From: Eledone cirrhosa
Lineage: Eukaryota
Length of the DNA stretch: 64,000 nucleotides
Direction: 5' to 3'
Assembly (NCBI GenBank): GCA_964016885.1
Contig: OZ024749.1
Location: 45,818,001 to 45,882,000, forward strand
Shown here piece after piece: positions 27,446 to 43,289 of the stretch. Each line of letters begins with the position of its first letter. The first letter of the stretch is position 1. A program made the position numbers and the translations under genes. The notes under the pieces are model-generated. The model was not told the DNA's origin. It made no database searches and saw only the letters and a list, made by a program, of their open reading frames with translations.

Positions 27446-27713
27446 TATGTGAATATATAAATATATATTTATATAGATATATATGAGTATATAAATAGAT
27501 ATATAGATATATGTATATGAAGTATATGAATATATATATGCATATATGTGAATATATAAATATATATATATATATGAGTATATAAATAGATATATAGATA
27601 TATGTATATGAAGTATATGAATATATATATATATATATTTATATATACATGTATATATGTATCTAATTATACATGTACATTTCTCTCTCTTTCGCTCTCT
27701 CTGTTTCTCTCTT

Positions 27714-27854
<141 letters not shown>

Positions 27855-28139
27855 ATGTGTGTGTGTGTGTGTTTTATTCGTTGGTTTCGATAATGACGAT
27901 TCAGCAAATCGAATGATTTATGCTTTGTCATATTTATTTTATTATATAAATAGTCGAATATTCTGTAAACACATGCAAGCTTAGACTATTTCCTACATGG
28001 AATTAATTTTACATGGCTTGACGAGAGAATAGCCAATGTAGATTAAGGTATCCCATATAGTTCCTCTCTTTTCAATTTCACATTCATCAGAGAAAACCTG
28101 GAGTTTTGGTAAAGTCATATCTTAGTTGAGACGCACAAT

Positions 28140-28198
28140 AACTGTTTCTAAAGGCCAGCAATTAGCCAGTGCATTACTGGTACTTTATTTTATCGACG
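28140..28198 (-). mobile_element. 3' fragment of main-family SINE
   Basis: tgtttcta..aaggccagcaattagccagtgcattactggtactttattttatcgac. Confidence 0.8.
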
Positions 28199-28641
28199 CA
28201 CAATAATTGAATCTGATTAAGATAGAAATGTTGTAATTAATTAGCCATACATACACACGCACACACCCACACGCACGGATACACATACACACACACATAC
28301 ACAGTCACACACACGCGTGCACACCCACACCCACACACACACACACACCCACATACACACACACACACACAAACCCATATATATTTGTGTGTGTGTGTGT
28401 CTGTATTAAATCAGAGTGGGTAACGAAGACTGCACCTGTGTGTATATAAATATACACATGACTATAATGTAGGCAACATAGTGGAAATTATATCATACTA
28501 TAACTACATTTAAAATTAATATATATCCAATTTCATAGGTGGCTGATGAAGATGATAAGAATACTAGTGTATTACTTGAGCCAAATCTGTGATTTCATAT
28601 TGGAACAATGCTTGAGATAAAATTGAAATGAGATACGTATA

Positions 28642-28691
<50 letters not shown>

Positions 28692-28693
<2 letters not shown>

Positions 28694-28786
28694 AACGAGT
28701 AGGACCCCGACGGCTGAGCTCAAGCCGTATCGACGGCTACTTAGGTGAGTTATGGTCCGCTTGGTTCCTTACCACATTTCCTTCGT
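28692..28786. mobile_element. Family E element (95 bp) in (TA)n: short arm fused to inverted tail end
   Basis: Its reverse complement matches both ends of 31726-31905 with the middle missing. Confidence 0.85.
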
Positions 28787-29031
28787 AATATATATATATA
28801 TATATCTTTATATATATATATATATAAAGTGATAGAGCGAGAGAGAGTGAGGGCGGGGACAGAGATATATACAGTTAGATAGGTAGACAGATATAGAAAC
28901 ATATAGATAAATATACAATACAGAGATGGATAAATATATAGAGGCAGCCAAAAATGAAGAGAAGAGAGACAGATACTAGTAGACAATCGGGCAAACAACA
29001 TGGAAACCTTGGAAGAATAGACAGACACGCA

Positions 29032-29445
<414 letters not shown>

Positions 29446-30204
29446 ACTCTCTCACTCTACCTCTCTCTCTCTATATATATATATATATCTATTTATCTAT
29501 CTATCTATGTATCTCTCTCTGTCTCTCATTCTTTGCTGCTCTCTATCTTTTACACTTCTCTCTTCTTTCTCTTTCACCCCCACTTCAGATGATACTTCAG
29601 GACTTTGCTCGAGTAGTAAACAAAAGACCCCTTTTGCACTTTCGCCTCCAAGATCACGATATGTCTAACGAACTTTATCTGCACGTCTGCATCATGATGG
29701 TGATTGACACGCGTCATAATGTACCACTTGAGTGTAGCTGATTCACGTTAACTCATTGCTGGAACTGTAGTTCGCTAGACACGCTAGAAATAGTATCGAG
29801 TCTTTTTCCCAAATAAAAATAACGACAGCAAAAACGGCATTGACATCAACGATTGGATGTCGCAATATAGCGTTATATGTTCAGTTTATATATTTATCTG
29901 TCTATCTATCCATCAACCCATTCAGACAACACTCTGTTTCACCCACTCTCTCACTATCTTTCTATCTATCACTCCTTCTAAATATATATATAGTGATATA
30001 TATGTATATGTGTGTGCGTATGTCTGTTTAAATATAATGTCAATTGAATGTTATACACACAAATTTAAACAGTTAAGATTGTTGGTTGTTTTTTCATACC
30101 AAAATATACACGGATCTGGCAAAATCTTCTTCTTTCTAGATATATATCTATTTATTTATCTATCTTCTTATCTAACTATTTATTTATCTAAATATCCATA
30201 ATAA

Positions 30205-30296
30205 TCTAGCGAGACAGATTCGAACCATCGACCTAAGGACGACAACCTCGTATAAAAAACTTTAGTCTTCCGCTCTACCAAATGAGCTATCGCGGG
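30205..30296 (-). pseudogene. Intron-containing tRNA-Tyr-derived pseudogene (anticodon reads AAA)
   Basis: CCCGCGATAGCTCATTTGGTAGAGCGGAAGACTAAAG-[19-nt intron 30241-30259]-GTCCTTAGGTCGATGGTTCGAATCTGTCTCGCTAGA follows the eukaryotic tRNA-Tyr(GTA) scaffold. Mismatches in the acceptor stem and a T6 run in the intron. Confidence 0.85.
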
Positions 30297-30645
30297 TCAT
30301 GCTATGTACCACTATTTAACGTTGAGTATATGATTCAGGAAAGTGTGATTGAAATTGGAGTTCATTAGTTCAGTTAAACCTTGATTAAGAATATATTTGT
30401 TAATTGATATTGTAGCCATCATGCCTAACGTATATATTTTTACACAGAGATTATAGCAATTTATTATTCAATATGATTTTCTCATTTAAGGGTATGACAG
30501 TAAAAATAGGGTGATTTATAAGATATTTCTAGGAGTGTATTCTTCATTGACTTATAAAATCATAGTATGATAAGCTTAAATTCGGTTAAAGCATTGGGCA
30601 GAGAGTCGTATGTTAGTATTTCTGCCTGTGTCTTTGTTCTGTGTT

Positions 30646-30699
<54 letters not shown>

Positions 30700-31158
30700 T
30701 TGTTGTTGTTGTTACTTCTGATGATGATAATTATGAAGATCAAATTATAGTAGTTGTAGATGTTCCTAACACATCTATTTATTAAAGAGAACAAAAAAAT
30801 CTACGTTTGACTAGAACCTACAGAATCCAATGAGCAAGCAATATCAAATCCGAAAAATGTTACAAGCCAAAGACGAACACACAGTGAATATTGCCCACAG
30901 CATGCACGATACTGTTACAAATTTAACAAGGGGCTACTCTACTACTTGCCCATATGACATATGATATTCATTGTTAGCAATTGTTGGTTATATTTAGGTA
31001 CGAGCTGAGTTGACATCTGTAGCAACAACAGAATATATTTCGATCCCTGCGCCTCATTTAGCAGTTTATCTTACCAAGGTCCTTGAAATATTTACTAATT
31101 TAAATTAGAATGTGCCTTTTTCTCTTCAGTAATTGTTATTAATATTTGTGAAAAGAAG

Positions 31159-31363
31159 GGCGGTGGATTGCTAGTATCGGTAGAACGGTGAACAACATGC
31201 TTTATGGCATAGGGTTATACGCCTTTATAATCAGAATTACAAATCCTGTCGAGATTAGCTCTGTCTTTCATCCTTACGGGGGGATAAAATAAAGTACCAG
31301 TCAATTTAATCGGCCCTCCCTCCACCAAAATTGGCGTTCTTCTGCCTAAATCTGAAACCAATA
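31159..31363 (+). mobile_element. Diverged main-family SINE
   Basis: ggcggtggattgctagtatcggtaga...ctttcatccttacggggggataaaataaagtaccag. Confidence 0.8.
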
Positions 31364-31690
31364 TTTGTAAAAATATGTAATATCGGTGAGTAGTTGACTT
31401 TTGATCCATAACTTATGATCCATAACTTTTGATCCATAACTTATGACATATTCCGCAAATATCTTTTAACTTAGTTTCGACACGAGACAGGGATTTTGAA
31501 TTGATTTTAATAAATGAACACATATGGCTAGTATTTTCACGTTCTGTCGCAGTAAATCTGTTCAATATATAATACATAACTTAAATGTATACGTCTCCGT
31601 GAAGTATTATACAGACTGAAATGTTAAGCTAATGAAATAGCCATCAGCTTCATCTAAGAAGAGAACCATTCATTGTTGGAACGGACGGAA

Positions 31691-31725
<35 letters not shown>

Positions 31726-31726
<1 letters not shown>

Positions 31727-31905
31727 CGAAGGAAGTGTGGTAAGGAACCAGATGGACCATAACGCACCAAAGTACTCAATACTTAGGGTAGTAGAGTGGG
31801 TAATATGAACGAGTAGGACCCCGACGGCTGAGCTCAATCAGCTTTTTAGTCCAGAATTAGCCGTCGAAACGGCTTGAGCTCAGCCGTCGGGGTCCTACTC
31901 ATTCC
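31726..31905. mobile_element. Head-to-head element, family E: arms 31807-31837 and 31874-31904, left-arm tail 31726-31806
   Basis: 31-bp inverted repeat with one mismatch. (TA)n on both sides. Confidence 0.9.
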
Positions 31906-31926
31906 TATATATATATATATATATAG

Positions 31927-31996
<70 letters not shown>

Positions 31997-33082
31997 GTGT
32001 GTGTGTGTGTGTGATGAGAGTGAGAGTTATAAAACATGTGTATTTATCATTGTGTGCATGACTGTGTGTATGAAAGTTTATGAATAAGACTATAAGTCAG
32101 TGCGTGTAATTGCAAAACTGGCCGTGCTATATATATATATATGTTTATAATCTTACTTTAGCTAACGCAAACATATGAATAGTTAATATATGCACATTTA
32201 TGTACATGGGTATATTTGCACGCTGCCTGGATGTAGGGAATAGGGTATTGTACATATATTCAAGTATATGTATGATATACAGATTTTTCTCCCTATTTCT
32301 GTTTGTGTTTGCTAGTCGCTTTGTATTTCTTTACTATGATGATCATACATGAGCAGATGGCTCTAGATCAATATTGATTTACAGAGAACTAACACCATGT
32401 GGTTTCGACCACAGCGCCTCAGTTACCAGTTACCACCTACCTATAACATTTTTTTTTCTCTTTTTGTAAAAAAAGATATCTGAAAATCAAGAAATGAATA
32501 CAACAATAACACCAACAATAACATCATCAACGACACTAGCAAAAGAAACAACAACAAAAACAATAACAAAATCAATAACAACAGCTACATCAACAATAAT
32601 TACAACAGCAAATACAGCAGCCGTAAATCATCAAACGATAATAACGAATTTTATCATAAGCACAGTATAGCCAAAACATTGTTGGTGAAGAACAGACATT
32701 TGCATGTACCTAGTTAATAGACCCTGGAAGGTATACTGCGAAAATAAGTGCGATCGGATTTGATATCACATGGTTAAATATTGTTAATATACATCAAATT
32801 TAGCGAAAATGCAAGGACAGAAAGTTTAGGTGGGAGAACATTTCTAATATGCCATGTTTAATTATTTAGCTGTATTTATTTTATCGTACTGCCAGAGAAG
32901 GACAGACCATGTCAACCATATCAGTATATGGATTTATACCGACAAGCTATCGTTTACAATGTAAGACACCTAAGATAAAGTAGTATAAGATGTATACAAT
33001 ATATGAACATAAATTTGGTCATATCAGGAACGTCACCAATACAAATTATAAGTGACTTTAATCTTATTTGGATCAATAAAAT

Positions 33083-33235
33083 AATTGTTTCTACCTTTGT
33101 TACAACGGCAGTAAATACCCAGTGCATTACTGGTACTTTATTTTATCGACCCCGAGATTTGTACTCAGAACATAAAGGACGTAACTATGCTGGAAAGCAT
33201 GGTGTTCGGACCTCTACCGATACTGCCAATTCACC
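33083..33235 (-). mobile_element. Main-family SINE with internal deletion
   Basis: Colinear with 7046-7223 but lacks ~35 nt after atcgacccc. Confidence 0.85.
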
Positions 33236-34429
33236 GCACTATAATATAATGTACCGCCCTAGCGTGTTCGCTTCTTCCTCTATTATTGATCTTAATCCAG
33301 CGCCTTGATCGAGGTCGATACCGACAACTAGAAGATATTCAAATCATATACACACAATAAACACAACAATAAATATGCACACCTATAAAGTGGTTATATA
33401 AATGCAAATATCACCTAAATAGCTGGTACTTATTTAACAGATAACATTTGTAGGCCAGTAAGTGTTAAATGTCTGAGCTCCGTCATGAGCGAGACGGAAT
33501 CGTGACACAAATTCTCCTTCTCCTATTTATTTAGTTTCTTGATTCCTAGCTACCATTTCTCTTTGAGAAGGGAAAATCTAACTACATATAACACATTTGG
33601 CTAAAATTACCAACTCATTGATGGGAGATATATTTCAACACATCCACTTAGTACCTTTCTCATTTATTTCTTTGTATGAAAATTGAAGTATATCTCGTTG
33701 CGCATGCGCTTTCTGTATTCTATCATTAGTTCACTTTATTTTGTCGAAATGTCTGAAATATATCGATCGATGTGTGAATAATTCCTTGCGTTCTTAAGTA
33801 TACTATTGAATAATAGTAAAATATATTTTACACGATAGCTGCAAGTACGTTTATAACGACATTCTAGAGTTTGTCTATGGCACTCTACGACACTTTTATT
33901 TTATTCCTTTTCTTCTTGATTTTATCCATCTTCTCCCATCTCACTCTCTTCGTGCTCATTGTATTGTGAACGTCGTAAAATTCGTATCTGCTCTCCGGTC
34001 AGCAGCGGGTGTAATGTTGAGAAATATAGCTAATTTTCCATTTCCGCTTGCGAGCAAGTGACTATCTGGCTGTAACAAGAAACGTGATTGGTCATAATTG
34101 CAAAAATAGATTCGTTCAGCTTCATGGAAGCTGTACGAAGTAAAAAGGTGAAGTAGACTAAATTGAAGATGTCATTATAACTGCATTTCCAGCGGAAATC
34201 ACGTCAGTTTCTCAAGTGAGTTGATTTTCGAAGAAAGCAATTCCAACGCAAAACGGGGTGAAATGTCCTTTTCTTCCGTAATCTGTCCATGTTGTCAGTG
34301 CTGTGTTCAGGTGACACTGTGTGTTCAATTGGTCACAATAGGGAACAATTTTCCCGAACAATTGAATCGCTTGCGAAGCAACATAGAATTAGCATAAACG
34401 TCACTATGCATAAAATAAGAAAAACAGAA

Positions 34430-34493
<64 letters not shown>

Positions 34494-34509
34494 GACAACA
34501 ACAACAACA

Positions 34510-34555
<46 letters not shown>

Positions 34556-34800
34556 AAACACAAAACAATATTATGTGATATCAAGAATAAGTAAATGAGA
34601 GGTAAACTGCAAAGAACGATACATTCTGAAGCAGCATCTAGCTCTTATGTGTATTTCTCTGCAATATGTATCTGTAACTCTAAATATTCTCGAAAGATTT
34701 TCTAAAATATTCGTCTCGACTATATCATATGTACTGTGGAGTAGCTCCTTGCCAGATATAGTTCGCTTCTGTTGAAGCTACTCGGAGATACGCATAAGTG

Positions 34801-34988
34801 CCGTGAACTGGCAGTATTAGTAGAGCGTCAGACACCATGCTTTACAGCATAGAGTTATGGCACTTTTCGTTCTGAATTCATAACTCGCCGAGGTTAACGT
34901 TACCTTTCATCCTTACGGGGTCGATAAAATAAAGTACCAGTAATACGCTGGCTAATTGATGTCCTTGTGCCAAAAGTAGAAACAATTA
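34801..34988 (+). mobile_element. tRNA-derived SINE (main family), full length
   Basis: tggcagtattagtagagcgtcagacaccatgc...ctttcatccttacggggtcgataaaataaagtaccag...agtagaaacaatt. Confidence 0.9.
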
Positions 34989-35952
34989 TATGAAATATGT
35001 TAATATAGCTTAATATATGTCTGTAAATCACTACACCACGAAAACATATAATAACATAAATGAAACCTAATAAATATAATTACACTTTTTTTCCATAATT
35101 TTTCTCAAGTATTTCTGAAATATTTTTATCATTACGTTGTTTCTAGAAAAAAAATTACCTTATCTAAGAGCCTATTGCTATTATAACGTCGAGGAATCAT
35201 TTATAAATATATTCGCAATTTTTCCATTCTGATCATTGAGATTGTTACAAAATGTAATTTGTTTACTATTTTTCATACTTTAAAATACACGAAATTTCGT
35301 ATTTGTATATGGCAATTTGTAATAATATAATTTTGATAAATGGATTGGAATGATGTGTTAGATAGCATTTCCTTTACCAAATATACATACAGCTTTGGTG
35401 AATACGTAGACCAGAAGGGGATTCTTACAAGAGGAACAACATTAATTAAAAAAAATAAAATAACAATAACATTGTTAAATACGTAAAATAGACAATGATA
35501 GGAAGAATTCGAAAGAAAAAATCTTCAAATAGGCGTGCAAAATATTGAGTCGTCAAGTATGAAATTTGTAGAAATTTGTGTTTTTGCGAAACATTTCTAC
35601 AAAATTCATAATTGATGACCTAATAAAACGGAAAAGCATTTTGCAAGAAATGTGTGATGTTTGTTGATTATGGGGATGAAACTGAAGATAAAGGGCAGTA
35701 GAGGGGTTTTCTTTTTTTGAGGGAGGGGGGTGCTAAAGGGATGGTGTTCTTGAAAATAATGATGGTGATGTTAGTGTAGTTGATTATGGAGATTATGATC
35801 TTAATCATAAAATAAGTATATAGTTCTTAACGGATATACAACTCTATTATGTATTGTTAAATAATTCAAGTTTCATAAACACTCACATAAACACCCATAA
35901 CCACCTACTCCCCCCCCCACACAGACACAGACTCAGACGCACACACACACAT

Positions 35953-36041
<89 letters not shown>

Positions 36042-36487
36042 CATTACTCAATATTATATATATATATATTGATTTTAAGTACTATATTATTTACCTTGAT
36101 TTGTTACACAATTTTATTCTAAGGAGGTAAATATTTAATGTTTACTTTTATTTTCAACTTATCTTATCTGAAGTATTTTAGATTTTACAAGAAGACAATT
36201 TTGATACATAAAATGTTTTCAATGCTTTTCGTTGTTATATTGTTACTATCAAATCGTTCAATATTTTTACATACATGAGAGCGCAATTGAAGTTTCTTCA
36301 ACTAAGCGTACATTTACAGAAAGAGATATAGATTTAACCGAGCGTATCATGTTAAACTAAAGATCTAGAAATAATTTTAGAACATTGTTCTTCCTAAGAA
36401 TATTACCATATTATTTATTTATTTACGTGTAGGTGTTTTCGATTTTCAAATATTGATAACCAACTAAAACAAGTGGAAACATTTACA

Positions 36488-36553
<66 letters not shown>

Positions 36554-38546
36554 ATGTAGCTATCTGAGCGTAAACACGTTCGGAATTGTATAGATTGTTG
36601 TGAATTCAGAATAAGAAACCTTAACAAATTTATGAAAAGATGATATAAAAATATCTAATTGGGTGTAGTATGAGATGTAGCATATTGTATTTGTGTTCTT
36701 TCACTTAATATGGCAGAGTTTATATTCGATATCCCATATACAATATGCCAAATGCTGCCATGTATCAAATAAAACTCCGGAATACCTTATACACTATAGT
36801 AATATATGTTATTCTTGTGCTATTTTCCTATTTCAATGAACATATTGCACATATATTAATGTCAACAAAGTTTCAAGCATGTTTTTCTGTGTATACGTCT
36901 TTTGTCTAATGCTGATTGTGTTTCATTTATAAAAGGAGGAAATAATATCAGATTATCAATTGTATGTGTATAGGTGCGTAAATAGGCTCCAGTATATATA
37001 TGCTGCATTCATTCTCGATCGCAGAGGCAAACAAATATATATAAGTTTATGGTAATATATGAACAAATAAACGAGTGACGAGAAATTATATACCAGCTCG
37101 TTTTGTGTCTTGTATTTGTTAGACTAAAATATAATTCCATTAATTATAATAGGAAGAAATAAGAAAACAAATAAGGAAAAAACTTCAAACTACACATATT
37201 TCAAGGTTTTAGGTTATGATCAGTCAATTTATGATCAGTCTGTGCTATTTGAATATAATGAATAGAAGTTATTGCTTCAGTAGTAGTGTTAAGTCCTCGG
37301 AATTTAACCTCAATGTTTCTGATCTCAAGAAAAACAGTTAAAGTTTACTCATTGTTAGGTTTAAGTATCTGCAGGTAGTTATCAGGACGCTAATTTCTAG
37401 AAAAGGCTTTTTTCTTGGAACCGCGTGCAAAAAGTTGCCATTGAGCAAAATAACACACTTCGAACAAGATGCAAATTCATAGAGCTAAGCCTGTCTTCTC
37501 ACCAGTATGAGACGAAAATCGTAGGCTGCAATATGGTTTCCAATTGCCATAGGTTTCTAATGTCCTACTCGAAAATGAGAGAGATCTCCCTGAATTGTAT
37601 GTATATATTTTAAAATATTACCTGGGTATTATATTTAAATCTGGAGATAAACCTATTTTCTCTGAAAGAAGAAATTTAGAAAGCCAGAACATAGACTTTT
37701 ATTACAATTATATTTATATATATATATATGTATATATATTTTTTTACAGTTGTAATTATCTAACAAGTAAGATCAACTGAGACATTTTGTTGAAAAAGAA
37801 GTAGGGAATTTTAAATGTATAAAATGTCTCATTCATGCTGTAATGTAATTTAACCATCTTTTGATAGCGTTTTCTTTTTTTCACCTGAAACTGGAAATAG
37901 GTACGAATATTGAAGGCAGTCGAGCCACAGATCATAATTTAACTGAAATATTACTGAAATGAAAGGTTGCAGAAATATTGTGAATCTATAGATACTGCCC
38001 TAAATTAACTGGTGCCTAAAAGATTATAGATTTGAAGGGCATATATATCAGGAAATGTAAATTTATTGATGACATTACTGTCTTGCGTAAAAGAACAATA
38101 TTAAAAAATTATATATTCCGCAGAATTCTATTTTAATTTAACTTTTTGCATATAACGTTTCTTTTATCATCTTGTAACTTGCAATATATACATTTCTTAA
38201 TTTTCTCACCTGAAAATCTAAAATAGTCATAACCCCTTGTGCGGGCTAGGGCACCGTGTGTAAAAATACGTAGGAATAAGAATGTGGGAATAACAGTTGG
38301 TGATTATTGGTCATAGTGTCAACTGTATGAGAGAATAGAGAAAAGAAACAGTGCAATGACAATGAATGACTTTAACGTACACAAACAAAAGGGTAAGATC
38401 TTAAGTATTGAATTCTTAAATAGAATCCAGCAACAATAAAGAACGCTATTGACAACAGAATAAAAACATTGTATATTCGTTCAGATTATCCCACACAAAT
38501 ACACACACGTGTATGTAAGTATGTATCTATGCATATATGTTTAGAA

Positions 38547-38600
<54 letters not shown>

Positions 38601-38782
38601 GTGAGTGTGTGTGTGTTTGTCTATATACATGCAAACATATATATATTTATGTATGTATATATGCATGTATGTATGCATATACATATTTGTGCGTGTATAC
38701 ATGTATTTATATCTATATAAATATATACATACTTACATATATATATATATATATATATGTCTGTGTGCGTGTGTATGTATAT

Positions 38783-38866
<84 letters not shown>

Positions 38867-40537
38867 AATATATATGTGTTTGTGTGTGTATGTGTGTACG
38901 TGTGTGTACATATGCATCAATATTATTCACATAAAATAGGAAGAACAAACAATTGATTATAATAAGAAGAAGAAGTGTTAAATGTGAAGATGTCTCATAT
39001 ACATTGCAACATTAAATGTTTTCTAAATGAGAATTGTCAAAAGCTTAACTTCTAGACTCTGTTATTCATTTTTTTTCCCCTATGTAATTCCCCAGCACCA
39101 AACACTGCTTCTCTAAACACCTCACTAACACAACTTAAACGCCACTATGACTATTACCACAACATCAAATCAAAGCGTCTATCATTACCACCATCACTAT
39201 CATCCCGCTCTTCACATTCATTATTACGAGAACTGTCATTAACATCATTAGCATATGCATAAATTACATCACCATAACCATCAAAATCAATAAATATATC
39301 CATGATATATTATGCTAATCACAACCACCCACATCCACAGGAATACTACCACTACCACCAATCTCAGCACGACAACTTTCGACATAAATGCCATCACTCC
39401 TACTATCACCATCAACACTATTATATATTCTTTCATCATATTTTGATATCTTTTATTTTCTAATATCGCCTTCTTTTAACACGATGAGTGTTCCAATTAT
39501 TTGACCAATAAACAACCTGTTCATAAAATTGACACGTAGCAGACTGACCATTGCACAGATATTTGTACCTTTAACCTAATGTGTTACACTGTTAAGCATA
39601 ACCTAACGTCTTATGCTGACCTTCTTTCTATTACATTGGGAGAAGGATTTTCATTTGAAATAATAGTACAATCAATGCAATTGACTTCGAAAGGTTTTAA
39701 TTCTATCCACTTTCATTCATAAAAAAAAGAAAATGGTCGACCCTAGTCTCTGGCAAATGAAACATTCCGAAGATACACCCATTGGCTCACACCGGGTACT
39801 TACTGATTGCGAAGTGAACTTCTTACCCATTTTGTCATGCTGCGACAATGTAACACCTTTACCCATTTAAAACGTTAGCACTCCTATCCTAAGGATTGTT
39901 GACGTATTTGTGAAAGTATTCACAAAACGGAGACCTCTGATGAATAGAATATTATATCATCATTATTATGTAATCATCGACTGAATAAAACAGATGGTCA
40001 AGGTTCTTTCTTCTTCTATCTAACAAAATGATTGTGTTTAAACTTGGAAAGAGATATTTATCAATACGACCGTAGTTGATAAAGATGTGGCTGCGGTGTT
40101 CAGAAATATCATAAATGTATTTGTTTTGTTTGAATTGATTGCATCGATATTATAGATTTGGTGGGAGATGATCCATTTCTATTCCTTATTTAATATGTCA
40201 TTGTAGGCAAAAGAGAATGTAGATTAGACTCAAAAGTGTCTGTCTTGTTAGTACATCTCTTTAAAACAGAAAATGGCAGAATCGTTAAAGTGACGGAAAC
40301 ATGGGCATACATTTTTTTTTTATATCTAATACGATATAAGGAAAGGATTTGGTATGGTTGACATTAAATTGTATCGTTCAAGGACGATAATTGTGTACAA
40401 GAGAAGTATGGCCTTTCAAGTCCCAGTGGTATCAAGGTGAGTGGAGTAGTGTGGTCTGTTCAGGATCAGTGTTAAGAGTGGTTATTGTCAAAGAATTTTA
40501 TGAGCATGGGGATGGAAAGTATATACTCTAAAGAATG

Positions 40538-40587
<50 letters not shown>

Positions 40588-40597
40588 TTATTTATTT

Positions 40598-40885
40598 TAA
40601 AAGACGATGAAGATTTGTTTACATGTAGTTATTTTTTTAATTATATATCGAATTATTACACTTGTTTTGCAAAGAGTTGTCTTAATGTCACCCTAAGATT
40701 TTATGGAAGCGACACTATTATCGACCTGTGGCACTGACTTCTGAGTCAAGAGCAGGTCGATAACGGTGATGTGTCCGTAATTTCAGTGTGCGACATTGAG
40801 CCAATCCTCAACGAAACGTGCGTAACAGGTCGATACAAAATATACAAAACAAGTACATGTAAACGAAACATCAGCGTTTCTCTTA
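40598..40885. mobile_element. Old, diverged ~290-bp palindromic element (family F) between TA tracts
   Basis: Inner arms ttatcgacctg/caggtcgataa and outer gtttacatgta/tacatgtaaac are symmetric around ~40740. The right arm has GAAA cgtgcg TA. Confidence 0.7.
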
Positions 40886-41038
40886 TATACATACAAATAA
40901 TATATATATATATATACACATATATATGTAAATATATATAAATATAAATATATATATGTATATCTATATGTATATGTATATAGGTATATATATATATATA
41001 TACCTATATATATATACATATATATATATACATATATA

Positions 41039-41094
<56 letters not shown>

Positions 41095-41096
41095 TG

Positions 41097-41132
<36 letters not shown>

Positions 41133-41155
41133 TATATATATATATACACACACAC

Positions 41156-41256
<101 letters not shown>

Positions 41257-41413
41257 TTTATGCGCGCGTGTGTGTGTGTAATGTTACTGTAATATATCAT
41301 TGTCAACGTGAGGTTAAGTAATCGCAAAGAAAAGACACCTGTTGATTCTTCATGTTTACGTGATTTCACTTTATATTCTTATCCCCTTTCTTCCTTCTCT
41401 CACCCCTTCAACA

Positions 41414-41594
<181 letters not shown>

Positions 41595-41596
41595 CT

Positions 41597-41727
<131 letters not shown>

Positions 41728-41817
41728 ATGCATATGTATATACATACATACATACATATATGTATGTACACAAACACACACGCATATATATATATATTAT
41801 ATTTATATATATTCATA

Positions 41818-41913
<96 letters not shown>

Positions 41914-42342
41914 AATATTTATAAATATATATATATATTTATATATACATATATTTATATGTATATATAAATGTATATATATATATATATATATATATAT
42001 GCGTGTGTGTGTGTCTATACATATATGCTTGTGTCTATGTACATTCTACTTTCTTTCTTTCATTTTTGTACCTTTTGCCTGTTTGTTTTAGTCTTCTTTT
42101 TCAGGGATCAACATTTGATTGTTAATTTCTGGGAATTATGCATGAGCCCGAAGCTGACTTTTCCAGTGAAGTTTCTGTGTTGTTTGATATATATATTTCT
42201 CCCAGCAACTGCTTCTCTCACTTTATCTCATATACTCACTCCCTCCCCCCCCCTCTGTCCTTCCCTCTTTATCTTTCTCTCACTCTATGTCTCTCAACCT
42301 ATATCTCTATATTTCCCACTATCTCACTCTTTCTCACTCTCA

Positions 42343-42407
<65 letters not shown>

Positions 42408-42954
42408 TCTCTCTCTCTCTATTCCTGTTTGTGTATATCTATTACCAAACATATGTTTGGTTGTATTCGAAAAGTCAACATTTGTGACATGCATAGAAGT
42501 ATTTAAAAACGATACTCTACTGATTACCACTTATAAACAGCTGTATGCATACTCACACAGACATAACACTCATATGCATATGCAGAACCGCAAACTCTAA
42601 TATCACATACATTCATTCATACACATGCGCAAATACACTCGCACACGTAAATGTATATATATATATATATGCATGTGTGTGTGTGTAAAGATAGAAACAA
42701 GGAGAGTCAGAGACAGAGAAAGGAAGAGTGTCAGACAGACAGGTACACAACACATAGAGTAGTGAGAAATATATTGCAATTATTTATTGAAACGGTAGAT
42801 GTATATAGGGTATACAAATACATTTACACACGCATATACGCGTAAACTCACATACAAACACGCCAATAAACAGACATATATATATATGTATATACATATA
42901 TATATATATACAATATATTAACAAATGGAAACTATATTTATAAAACCATATTTA

Positions 42955-43015
42955 TTTCATTATACATATTTCAAGGACACCAAAGCAAATTATGGTGCGC
43001 TTTCATGACATGAAA
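42955..43015 (-). ncRNA. Hammerhead ribozyme relic (core GTCATGA)
   Basis: tttcat GTCATGA [aagcgcacca..tggtgtcctt] GAAA tatgta TA | atgaaa. Confidence 0.55.
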
Positions 43016-43214
43016 TATAATATAGATCAGTTTTATAAACAAATATTAACTACCCTTAAAGAATGCGACCATGTCGGTTGGAAGCTCCCGGATAGTGGGG
43101 TTTTATTTTTTATTATTGGTCTATTATGCAAATTAGTGTCGGAGAGGTTTTCTCTCTTTCTCTTTCTTTTGTTTTTCTTTTGTTCTTTATTTGTATTTTT
43201 ATTTTTATTTATTT

Positions 43215-43289
<75 letters not shown>

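Noticed and set aside
30205-30296. Functional tRNA-Phe(AAA)
   Set aside because: The body is tRNA-Tyr-like with stem mismatches and an internal T6 terminator; treated as a pseudogene.
31400-31446. 14-bp tandem repeat (ttttgatccataac)x3
   Set aside because: Ordinary slippage duplication.
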